From an uncultured Nitrososphaerota archaeon (GTDB lineage Archaea; Thermoproteota; Nitrososphaeria; Nitrososphaerales; Gagatemarchaeaceae), in assembly GCA_963703285.1 (NCBI GenBank), contig OY969807.1, positions 576,001-640,000 of the forward strand: a stretch of DNA of 64,000 nt, in the 5' to 3' direction. Position numbers and translations under genes: made by a program. Below are positions 9,203 through 17,865 of the stretch, piece by piece; position 1 is the stretch's first letter, and every line of letters starts with the position of its first letter. Under the pieces are notes generated by a model, which worked only from the letters and a program-made list of their open reading frames with translations, made no database searches and was not told the DNA's origin.

Positions 9203-10837
9203 TCAGCGCGCCTCCTTGACTAGGAAGTATGGATTCTTCCCTCCGGTCTCGAGGTAGATGACCCTGCTGGAGAATCCCCTGAGTTCCTCAATCGTCTCCT
9301 TCGAGACGCCCGCCATGTCCCTCAGGGATGTGTATAGTTTGTGAGTACTCGCCAGCTGTCCCGGAAACTTCGCTATCTCCCTCACGTACTCTGGCATCAT
9401 GTTGAAAGCGAATTTCTGCGCGTTTAGCATCAGGTCTCTCTTGAATCCCTTGAGCTTGCGTTCTGCGTCGCGCCTGACCTTGCCCTTGAACCAATTCAGG
9501 ACGTAGAACGAGTAGTTGCCGTAGAACTGGAGCAGCTGTATGAGTGCTGGGTTGACTCTCGTCTTCATGACGGGGGTCGAGACATCGTACCTGTTCCAGT
9601 CGAGTGTGAAGAGCCTGTTGTTCTTCAGAGCGTCATCGAATATCCTCGTACCCGGCAGAGGAGTGTATATGGTGAACTGCACCCCATTGGCACCGGCATC
9701 CGCGAGCCGGTGAGAGAACCGCACCGTGGCGAGCATGTCTCCGAAGCTCTCGTATGGCGCGCCTAGCATCATCCCGACGAGGACGATGACTCCGTTCTCG
9801 CTGAGGACCCTCACAGCCTTGACGGACTGAGGTGTAAGGAGGCCCTTGTGCATCTTCTTGAGCGTCTCTTGGCTTCCTGACTCGACCCCGAGGAAAGCGA
9901 GGCGCATGCCCGCCTCGGCGCCCCTCCCGATGAGCTCAGGGTTCCTTGCGGTTACGTCAGCCCTCATTTGGACAATCCACTTGAACCGGTCATATCCGTT
10001 CTCTATCATTGCGTTGAAGAGTGCCATCCTCTGGTCCACGTTCGGGTGGACGACGAAGATGTCGTCGGTGAAGAAGATCCAGTCATACCCAAGCCTTTTC
10101 GCGAGTTCTAGCTCCATGAGTATCCTCTTGTTGGACTTGTTCCTCCACTTGTGCCCCCACGTCGGTGTGACGGAGCAGAAGTCGCAGGCGTAAGGGCAGC
10201 CCCTGGACGTTTCGAGGCAGGTGATGCTCCCCTCGCCGAATAGCTTGATTGTGTAGAGCTCTTTCCTAACGAGGTGAAGGGCCGGAAGAGGTAGGGTGTC
10301 CAGGTTCGGAATGAGGGCCCTCGGCGTGTTTTGCACTATGCTTGATTTTCCGTACTCCTTCTTGTTGAAGAGGATGCCCGGGATCTTCTCGAACCTCTCT
10401 CCGCCTCGCAACGCGGCGGCTATCTCGGTTATCGTCTGGTCGCCCTCTCCGAGCGCGACTACATCGAAACCGTTCCTGAGAAGGTCGTAGGGGACGAATG
10501 TCGCGTGGTGCCCTCCGGCGACGAGGAGGGTGTTCTCCTTCCCCTCCTTCACCCTCTTGGCGATCTCGGTCGAAGTCCCGTGGGCGGCGGTCGCGTGAAT
10601 GGTAAGCCCGACCATGTCCGGGTCGAAGCTCAGAGCCTCCTTTACAGCATCCTCGACTGTCCTCTTTTCGTCGGCCTCCATATCGATGACCCTGACTTCG
10701 GAATCTTCAAGCGTCAGAAGAGAGGAGGCGAGCTGAAGGAGGCCGAGGGGTAACGGCAGAAAGCCAAATTTTGTGAGGTAGGCGCTCCCGCCTGGGTTCG
10801 ATGGCCTTATGAGAACCGTCTTCATCTTCCATGCCAC
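9203..10837 (-). CDS. Cobalamin-binding (class B) radical SAM protein
   Basis: PLGLLQLA, GGHHATF, GEGD B12-binding domain; SRGCPYACDFC; GVESGS. Confidence 0.9.
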   Translation of the reverse strand: MAWKMKTVLIRPSNPGGSAYLTKFGFLPLPLGLLQLASSLLTLEDSEVRVIDMEADEKRTVEDAVKEALSFDPDMVGLTIHATAAHGTSTEIAKRVKEGKENTLLVAGGHHATFVPYDLLRNGFDVVALGEGDQTITEIAAALRGGERFEKIPGILFNKKEYGKSSIVQNTPRALIPNLDTLPLPALHLVRKELYTIKLFGEGSITCLETSRGCPYACDFCSVTPTWGHKWRNKSNKRILMELELAKRLGYDWIFFTDDIFVVHPNVDQRMALFNAMIENGYDRFKWIVQMRADVTARNPELIGRGAEAGMRLAFLGVESGSQETLKKMHKGLLTPQSVKAVRVLSENGVIVLVGMMLGAPYESFGDMLATVRFSHRLADAGANGVQFTIYTPLPGTRIFDDALKNNRLFTLDWNRYDVSTPVMKTRVNPALIQLLQFYGNYSFYVLNWFKGKVRRDAERKLKGFKRDLMLNAQKFAFNMMPEYVREIAKFPGQLASTHKLYTSLRDMAGVSKETIEELRGFSSRVIYLETGGKNPYFLVKEAR

Positions 10838-10840
10838 CGC

Positions 10841-11296
10841 CTATCCGCCGGGTCTGGACATCTCCCTCTGGAGCTTCGCAAGAAGACCGCGGAGCGTCTC
10901 CTGTTCTTCCGTCGTGAATCCCTGAAGGGCTCTCCGCATCATCTCGCTGTACCTTACAGCCACCCTCTCTTGCACCGCCCTCCCCTCTGTGGTAAGCTCT
11001 ATGATCGTAGCTCTCCTGTCTCCTTGGCGGGCCACCCTCTTGACGAGTCCCTTGTGCTCCAGCCTGTCTATTATCCCGGTGACGTTGGCAGGAGTAACGA
11101 GCATCTCCTCGCTGATCTTACACATGAGCATGGCTCCCTTCCTTGAAAGCACCCTCAAAGCGATAAACTGTGGCTGAGTCAGATCCTCCTTGGCGAGCAG
11201 CTCTGCGATGCTGCGATGCATCGCCTTGTAAGTGGCGATGACGGCGTTGTAGGTCTCGTTCTGCTGCTCCTCAGCCAGCGCCAGTGGTCCGACCAT
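10841..11296 (-). CDS. MarR-family transcriptional regulator
   Basis: LTQPQF, VTGIIDRLEHKGLV, DRRATIIELT motifs; ATG at 11296 chosen as start. Confidence 0.9.
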   Translation of the reverse strand: MVGPLALAEEQQNETYNAVIATYKAMHRSIAELLAKEDLTQPQFIALRVLSRKGAMLMCKISEEMLVTPANVTGIIDRLEHKGLVKRVARQGDRRATIIELTTEGRAVQERVAVRYSEMMRRALQGFTTEEQETLRGLLAKLQREMSRPGG

Positions 11297-11359
11297 GCTT
11301 TTAGAAGTGATAATCAAAGTATAAATAATTAATCCTTTAACTTTTCCGACGTCGCATCC

Positions 11360-12217
11360 TTGAATTCAAGCAGGATAATCTCCGAGGCTGTCACTTTTGG
11401 AGGCACGCGAGGAGTCGTGGAAGCCTATCTCTCCAGGCCCGAGACGAACGAACCACGTCCCGCGATCGTCGTGATACACGAGGCGTGGGGGCTTGTAGAG
11501 CACACGAAGGACGTAGCGGACAGGTTCGCGAGGGAGGGCTACGTGGCGCTCGCTCCCAACCTCTTCTCCTCGGACCCGGAGCTTGTTTTGCTGCTCACGC
11601 CTCAGAACATCGGGGTCGCCATGGGCTTCATGCAGACTCTCTCCCCCGAGAGAAGGGCGGACATGGCGTACGTGCAGGAAGAGCTGGCAAAACAGCCAGC
11701 GGCGACAAGAGACGTGACCCAAAGGGTGATGGGCAAGATGTTCGGAGGATTGCCGAAGGAAGCCCTGACGAAAGAGGCGGTAAAGGCGGTGGAGCACCTG
11801 AACTCGCAGAATTACGTCAAGAGGGACTCGATAGGCACGGTAGGCTTCTGCTTCGGAGGAGGCGTCTCGATAAACACAGCGTGCCACACCAAGACGGAAG
11901 CGTGCATCGTCTTCTACGGTGAGAATCCCTCGCCGATAGAGCTCGTCGAGAGCATCCAGTGTCCCGTGCTTGGTCTGTACGGCGGAGAGGACATGCGCAT
12001 AAACGCGAACCTCGACAAGCTGGTCACCGCGATGGTGCGCTACAAGAAGGACTTTCAGATGAAGCTCTACCCTGGAGCACCGCACGCTTTCTTCAACGAC
12101 ACGAACAAGGCAACCTACAGGGAAGAAGCCGCAAAGGACGCCTGGGACCTGGCGCTCCGCTTCTTCGCGCATTCGTTACATCGGGCTAGCGGGTTGCGCG
12201 CATCACCCGCCGCTTGA
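11360..12217 (+). CDS. Dienelactone hydrolase family protein
   Basis: HEAWG, GFCFGG nucleophile elbow, GAPHAFFND. Confidence 0.9.
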   Translation: MNSSRIISEAVTFGGTRGVVEAYLSRPETNEPRPAIVVIHEAWGLVEHTKDVADRFAREGYVALAPNLFSSDPELVLLLTPQNIGVAMGFMQTLSPERRADMAYVQEELAKQPAATRDVTQRVMGKMFGGLPKEALTKEAVKAVEHLNSQNYVKRDSIGTVGFCFGGGVSINTACHTKTEACIVFYGENPSPIELVESIQCPVLGLYGGEDMRINANLDKLVTAMVRYKKDFQMKLYPGAPHAFFNDTNKATYREEAAKDAWDLALRFFAHSLHRASGLRASPAA

Positions 12218-12239
12218 TTGGAGCAGAGGTGCAAGCTTA

Positions 12240-13994
12240 ACGGTCGAATACAAGTGGGTCGCGCTCTCCAACACAACAATCGGGACGCTCATGGCAGGCA
12301 TCGACGGCACCATCGTCCTGATCTCCCTCCCCGCGATTTTCCGAGGCCTATCGATCAATCCCCTCACTTCGTTCCAGTACCTTCTATGGATCCTCTTTGG
12401 ATACAGCCTGGTGACCTCGGTCCTCCTCGTCTCATTTGGCCGAATCTCGGACATGTTCGGGAGGGTCAGGCTGTTCAACCTGGGCTTCGTGATCTTCACG
12501 GTGGGCTCGCTGCTCTGCGCCGCCACCCCAAGTACCGGTGATTTGGGTGCGACGGAGCTCATCGGGTTCAGGATAATCCAGGGGGTCGGAGGCGCCTTCC
12601 TGTTCGCCAACAGCGCCGCGATCCTGACCGACGCTTTCCCCGAGAACGAGAGAGGAAAGGCTCTCGGGATAAACATGACCGCGGTCATCGCCGGCTCCAT
12701 CATCGGTTTGGTTCTGGGCGGAATCCTCGCCCTCTTCGACTGGCGCTATATCTTCCTGGTGAGCGTGCCGGTCGGGGCGCTTGGCACAGTCTGGTCCTAT
12801 GCTAAGCTCAAGGAGATTGCGGCCAGAAGAAAGAATCAGAGGCTCGACATACTGGGCAACGCCACCTTCGGGGGAGGCCTTACCCTGTTGCTCGTAGGGG
12901 TTACCTACGCCCTGATTCCGTTCGGAACCTCGTCGATGGGCTGGGGCGACCCCTGGGTCATCGCCTCCCTGGCTGCAGGGTTCGCCCTGCTCGTGGCCTT
13001 CCCGTTCGTAGAGCGCAGGGTGGCGGACCCTATGTTCAGGCTGGAGCTGTTCAGGAACCGCATGTTCAGCGCAGCGAATTTTGCCGGTTTTCTGTCCTCG
13101 ATGGGGAGGGGTGGAGTCCAGATAATGCTCATCATCCTCCTCCAGGGGATATGGCTCCCGCTGCACGGGATCAGCTACCAGTCCACGCCGTTCTGGGCGG
13201 GGGTCTACATGATTCCGATGATTCTCGGATTCGTGATAATGGGTCCGCTTAGCGGATTCCTCTCGGACAAGTACGGGGCGAGGACGTTTGCCACCCTAGG
13301 GATGGTCGTCACGGCCAGCACGTTTCTAGCGCTTTCGCTCCTTCCATACGATTTCAGCTACCCGATTTTCGCGATAATCATCTTCGTCATGGGGCTCGGG
13401 GGAGGGATGTTCGCAGCTCCGAACACCGCGTCAATCATGAACGCGGTGCCGGCGGAGGACAGGGGTGCGGCCTCCGGAATGAGGGCGACGCTTCAGAACA
13501 CGGGGCAGACGGTGAGCCTGGCGATCTTCTTCACCGTGATAATCACGGGGCTGTCCACGAGCCTGCCGAACGCGCTCTCAGCCGCTATGACGAACGCCGG
13601 GGTGCCGCAGCTCGCTAGCGCGTTCACCTCAATCTCACCGACTAGCGCCCTCTTCTCCGCTTTCCTCGGGTACAACCCGATGCAGTCCATTCTCTCCACG
13701 CCGCAGCTCTCTTCGGTGGTTAGCCAGATACCCCAGACGGCTCTGACCTATCTGGAGGGGAAGACCTTCTTCCCGACCGCGATAGCCTCCGCGTTCATCT
13801 CGGCGCTCGATCTTTCATTCTACATAGGTGCGGGGCTGTCTGTTGCAGCCGCCGTCGCATCGCTTCTGAGGGGTAAGAAGTACGTATACCGCGCGAAAGA
13901 GGAGGCCGTTCCGATCGCTTCTCCACCACCGCTGACTCCCAAATCGCGAAGAGCCGCACCAATAGCTCGTGGTGAAGGTTACACCACCGAATAG
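12240..13994 (+). CDS. MFS drug:H+ antiporter (DHA2/EmrB-like, 14 TM)
   Basis: GRISDMFGR motif A; conserved-looking N-terminus [11 protein letters not shown] lies upstream of the first ATG (12291), in frame with ACG at 12240. Confidence 0.9.
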   Translation, partial: TVEYKWVALSNTTIGTLMAGIDGTIVLISLPAIFRGLSINPLTSFQYLLWILFGYSLVTSVLLVSFGRISDMFGRVRLFNLGFVIFTVGSLLCAATPSTGDLGATELIGFRIIQGVGGAFLFANSAAILTDAFPENERGKALGINMTAVIAGSIIGLVLGGILALFDWRYIFLVSVPVGALGTVWSYAKLKEIAARRKNQRLDILGNATFGGGLTLLLVGVTYALIPFGTSSMGWGDPWVIASLAAGFALLVAFPFVERRVADPMFRLELFRNRMFSAANFAGFLSSMGRGGVQIMLIILLQGIWLPLHGISYQSTPFWAGVYMIPMILGFVIMGPLSGFLSDKYGARTFATLGMVVTASTFLALSLLPYDFSYPIFAIIIFVMGLGGGMFAAPNTASIMNAVPAEDRGAASGMRATLQNTGQTVSLAIFFTVIITGLSTSLPNALSAAMTNAGVPQLASAFTSISPTSALFSAFLGYNPMQSILSTPQLSSVVSQIPQTALTYLEGKTFFPTAIASAFISALDLSFYIGAGLSVAAAVASLLRGKKYVYRAKEEAVPIASPPPLTPKSRRAAPIARGEGYTTE

Positions 13995-13999
13995 GCCGC

Positions 14000-14110
14000 G
14001 TGGCAGCAACACTCAATCTGGGAGGCTGGGGGCTGCTGCACTTCATAGAGAGACTGCGCAAGGAGCGCCCCCTCCACCTTGAGAAGACAAAGCGGTATGG
14101 TCTCGAGTGA
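14000..14110 (+). pseudogene. Inverted remnant of the 3' end of a Grs-like radical SAM gene
   Basis: LNLGGWGLLHFIERLRKERPLHLEKTKRYGLE* vs LNLGGWGLLHYIERMCTKRGLDIEKVKRYGLG* at 7427-7530. Confidence 0.8.
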
Positions 14111-14123
14111 GACTGACCCCCGG

Positions 14124-14432
14124 CTACATCGCATCGAACCTGGCGAAGACACGAAGAAGAATGTTGGCTAGCCGGTACGACTGGAGTCGCAGGAAGTAGA
14201 AGGCAAAGACTACGAACGATGCCACCTCAAACGCGAAGAAGTGAAGAGAGAGGCCTATGGTAATTAGGATTGGGAGGACAAGCTGCCTTCTGTATCCTAC
14301 CGCAATGAGAAGAAAATACAGGCTTGAGACAAACGTCATGTATCTCGTGCTGATTCTGTTCTTCCACCCGTCTACCGCCCTCAACGCCCCAGATGTCTTG
14401 ATTCGCACGTCCCTGACACACTCAGACACCAC
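14124..14432 (-). CDS. Hypothetical membrane protein or gene fragment
   Basis: Hydrophobic ORF; start uncertain. Confidence 0.35.
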   Translation of the reverse strand: MVSECVRDVRIKTSGALRAVDGWKNRISTRYMTFVSSLYFLLIAVGYRRQLVLPILITIGLSLHFFAFEVASFVVFAFYFLRLQSYRLANILLRVFARFDAM

Positions 14433-14746
14433 GGTGCGCTATTTTAGCGCAACGAAGCCTCCGTCCATCTAGGAGCATGGAAAGATGGTCTATCCATTCC
14501 CGTCGCCTAAATCAAGAACTCATCCTTGTCGTCGGCCCACGTGACCTTGGCGTCGTAGTCCAAGGCCCCCCGCCTGGTCTTCTCTCCGACGCCGAGCTTC
14601 GATGCCCGATTTGATCAATCCGGTATACTGGTAATTTCGTCCCAAAGCCGCGCCGCAGGAATAGATTACACAAGTATATCTTGAACGATGTACAGAACTA
14701 TAGTCGGGCATCACGCAAAGCGGTGGCGAATCCGCAGCGTGCCGCT

Positions 14747-15127
14747 TCAGCCGTTCGTCGGAGCGGCCATTCTCGTCTCGGCGTAGTGCGCCATGCCCTG
14801 GAAGTCGACGACGACCACCGGTTCATTCCCGACGACCCAGGCGTCGTGCGGGCATGGCACGAAGGAGACCTCGCCCGCCTTCGCGACCTTCGAGGTCCCG
14901 TCGCTCATCTCGATGTGCAGCCTGCCCGAGAGGTGATACTGGAAGTGAGGGGCGTCGCACCACTCGGTCCCCTCGTGCTGCTTGAGGGACGTCGACCAGC
15001 GCCAGCCGGGCTGGTAGACCGCGCGCTCCACCCTCACACCGCCGATCCTCGCGATCTCGACCCTGCCGTTCCTGAACCTCCGAGTCTCCTCAGGCTCGTC
15101 GAAACTTATTACCTCCAAGCTCTCCAA
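14747..15127 (-). CDS. Cupin-domain protein
   Basis: PGWRWS, CDAPHFQYHLSG, PCPHDAWVVG motifs. Confidence 0.85.
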   Translation of the reverse strand: MESLEVISFDEPEETRRFRNGRVEIARIGGVRVERAVYQPGWRWSTSLKQHEGTEWCDAPHFQYHLSGRLHIEMSDGTSKVAKAGEVSFVPCPHDAWVVGNEPVVVVDFQGMAHYAETRMAAPTNG

Positions 15128-15335
15128 GTTACCTTCAACTATTCGGATTACGTCCAGTCGCTATAACACTATGCACGCAAATTTTCTCAACTGCACGCAG
15201 CGCTGGGACTGCACTGGGCAGTCTCGAGTCAACCAGTCGGTTGCTGGAACCCAGTCACAAGCAAGCGATGTAGTGACTTCTAGCCAAATCCCCCGAAGTC
15301 GAACCCTATTCAATCGCCTTAACCTAAGATTGCGA

Positions 15336-15458
15336 CTACGCGAAGTCGACTATCGCAAGTAGAACTATCGTGACGACAAGAACCGCTGCCCCTATCGTTA
15401 GGTTTCTATTGATCCTCTCCAATCTGCGCACGTTCCCTTCCGCTGTGTCCATTCCCAT
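15336..15458 (-). CDS. 40-aa tail-anchored membrane microprotein
   Basis: MGMDTAEGNVRRLERINRNLTIGAAVLVVTIVLLAIVDFA; GAGGTGA SD 6 nt upstream. Confidence 0.6.
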   Translation of the reverse strand: MGMDTAEGNVRRLERINRNLTIGAAVLVVTIVLLAIVDFA

Positions 15459-15475
15459 TCTCTTTCACCTCTCGC

Positions 15476-15592
15476 TCAAACGATCAGCAAGACGAGCGCG
15501 ACCACGGACAGAACGGCCACTACAATTGCCAGTTGTTCCGTTCTCTTCAGTGCCCTTTCGTAGCGGTCCGAGGTATCAAAGGTGTTGGTCAT
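15476..15592 (-). CDS. 38-aa tail-anchored membrane microprotein
   Basis: MTNTFDTSDRYERALKRTEQLAIVVAVLSVVALVLLIV; TTTAATAA TATA-like box upstream. Confidence 0.55.
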   Translation of the reverse strand: MTNTFDTSDRYERALKRTEQLAIVVAVLSVVALVLLIV

Positions 15593-15944
15593 TTCGAATA
15601 ACACTTCTGTGCAAGAGTCGGAGGGTTCGATTATTAAACTCTGAGGCTCATGTGGGAAAGGAAGGCGGCGGAGAAAATTACCGACGAGTCGTAAAGGAAT
15701 TAAAAGACGGGAGACACGTCAGGAGTAGATGGAGTAATAGAAATCCGTGCTGAAGATTCCAGCAGATCTTCAATCATTCTTCACACCTGAAGTCCTTACG
15801 AAGGTAGTAGACTCCGAACGTGGTATCGAGGTGGAAATGAACCAGCCAGATAGAGTCGGTTAGGATTGTCGAAAGGTAGCCATTTTGGCCGAAATCTTCG
15901 AACTCAGCCCAGCCCACATCTATATTGATGAGGCTAACGACCTC

Positions 15945-17078
15945 TCACATTGGATCGGATGCTCTCTGGTTGAGCAGGATCCTCGTGTCACCGACAAGGT
16001 TCATCAGATTGAGAGGCTTAAGGTCGTAGGCGTACGAGTACCCCCTGACGCACGTCCTAAGGCACATGTTGCAGTTCTCAGCTCTGGCCACGTGATTCCG
16101 GTAGAGGTCGCTCGAAAAATAGTCCTCGAAAGACCCCTTCTTGAGGTCGTAGCTGTGGTCGAAGGTGCAACTGTAAATCTTCTTGTCGGGGGAGACGTAG
16201 ACGAACATCTTCGGGAAGTGGCAAGTCCAGCTCCTTCCTTCGACGAAGTGCTTCAGCACGTATTCGGTCTCCAACAGAGGATACCCTTCTCGCTTCAGTC
16301 TGAGCAGAGTGACGTAGAAGTCGTGGAGCTGCGCTCCGCTGAGCCCCAAGCTTTCGTTACTTCTACCCATGTTGGGTAAATCTGTCGACTCGTCCGAGCC
16401 GAGGCCCGATGCGGGCTCTGGGAAACCGTAAGAGATGCCTGCGGGCTCTACGGTATTGTAGGATATGCCGACCCTCAGGTACCTCGCCAGCTTCGCCATC
16501 GGCTCCATCGCATCGAGATTGTATGTGCCGATGGTCGTCACCAGTATGACCCGAGTCTTACCCGCCTCCCTTATTCTGTTGATTCCCCTCATCGCGTCGT
16601 CAAATGAACCACGCCTCCCCCTGATAGTGTCGTGGTAATCATTGTAGTAGTCCAGCGAGACGAAAGCGAAATCGAGATTACTCAGGGACGCGGCCTTGCT
16701 TGCGAGCAGCGAAGCGTTCGTGTTCATCGTCGTCAGGAAGCCCTTGTTCTTCGCATAATCCACGATCTTTCCGATGTCCTTCCTGATGAGCGGCTCACCG
16801 CCAAAGACGTAGTAAGCGCGCATGCCAAAATCGTACGCTTCATCGAGAAGCTGGTAGACCTCCTCGGTGGAAAGGTCCTCCTTCATCCTCGGAGTCAACT
16901 GCCAGTATGTACACATTCTGCACTTGGAGTTGCAACCGAACGTGATGGCGTGGGCTAGGAAGAAGGGCTTGTGAGTGTAGACCCTTGATTTCAGCAGCGA
17001 GAGAGAGGAGTCAAGATACCTGGCTGCGTCCCCCCTTGCTCCTCCTTGATTCCTCCCGGGCTTCATGGCGACCACCAT
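15945..17078 (-). CDS. Radical SAM protein with SPASM/twitch domain
   Basis: CNSKCRMC, GGEPL, VSLD; C-terminal Cys cluster (C..YSC..CNMCLRTC). Confidence 0.9.
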   Translation of the reverse strand: MVVAMKPGRNQGGARGDAARYLDSSLSLLKSRVYTHKPFFLAHAITFGCNSKCRMCTYWQLTPRMKEDLSTEEVYQLLDEAYDFGMRAYYVFGGEPLIRKDIGKIVDYAKNKGFLTTMNTNASLLASKAASLSNLDFAFVSLDYYNDYHDTIRGRRGSFDDAMRGINRIREAGKTRVILVTTIGTYNLDAMEPMAKLARYLRVGISYNTVEPAGISYGFPEPASGLGSDESTDLPNMGRSNESLGLSGAQLHDFYVTLLRLKREGYPLLETEYVLKHFVEGRSWTCHFPKMFVYVSPDKKIYSCTFDHSYDLKKGSFEDYFSSDLYRNHVARAENCNMCLRTCVRGYSYAYDLKPLNLMNLVGDTRILLNQRASDPM

Positions 17079-17446
17079 CGTAGACTTGCAGGCAGGTCGC
17101 TAATAAACACGGGAACGATTCTCAATCTCGGGAAAGATGTTGAGGGAAGTTTTCAGTGGTGCTGAAGACGGCTGGTCGATTCGACCACGAAAACAGCGAC
17201 CCATAGGTCTCAGTTGAGGGCGGGCGCTCTTCACATGGCTCGATATCAGTCCACAACAGCGATTTAGTCTCCAATCTCTGCTGAAATCGCTTCGCAACGG
17301 AGAGTCTCGGATGGATGACCATCCCAGGCATTTTTCCAGCCTGTCCACGTAAGCGCAACTCCACAGAGGGTGGAACTTGCCCAATGACCTCAAATCAACC
17401 TCCACCTCCCGCAAAAGCTTTAAGGAAGGGATTTAAACTCAGAGCT

Positions 17447-17548
17447 ATGGCACCAAAGAAGGGAAAGAAGAAGGTCGTGAAGCGAAAGACCTCGAAGAAG
17501 GTTGCTCCCGGTCCGGTCGCATCCACTCCCGAACCGGCGAAGGCATAA
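17447..17548 (+). CDS. 33-aa Lys-rich basic microprotein
   Basis: MAPKKGKKKVVKRKTSKKVAPGPVASTPEPAKA; AAAAGCTTTAAG BRE/TATA-like ~25 nt upstream; hairpin plus T-tract downstream. Confidence 0.55.
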   Translation: MAPKKGKKKVVKRKTSKKVAPGPVASTPEPAKA

Positions 17549-17576
17549 CCTAACCACCTTACGGCTAATCTTGACA

Positions 17577-17614
17577 GGACCCTCGTCCGAGCGGCGGGGT
17601 CATCCTTCTTTTTT
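17577..17614 (+). terminator. Hairpin plus oligo-T terminator
   Basis: GACCCTCGTC...GGCGGGGTC followed by CCTTCTTTTTT. Confidence 0.5.
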
Positions 17615-17803
17615 GCTCTCAGGAGGAAGAGACTCGTGTCCTTTGACATTTCGACAGCCGCCTTCAAGTACAGGTTCCAACGAGCCTCAGAGTTAGTCAG
17701 TCGGGGTGCTCTTCCATCGCGAGACGAGACTACAACACCCTGTTCGAGAGGTCGCTCCAGAGGACTACCCTAACCAGCATCACGATGGAGCCAGAGAGCC
17801 GGC

Positions 17804-17824
17804 GGTCAGCGCCCCTGCGGCGTC
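17804..17824 (+). repeat. 21-bp direct repeat copy 2
   Basis: Identical to 7277-7297. Confidence 0.85.
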
Positions 17825-17865
17825 AGCGTTCACACCTAAGGTCGTGTCGAGAGCCAACCATTTCA

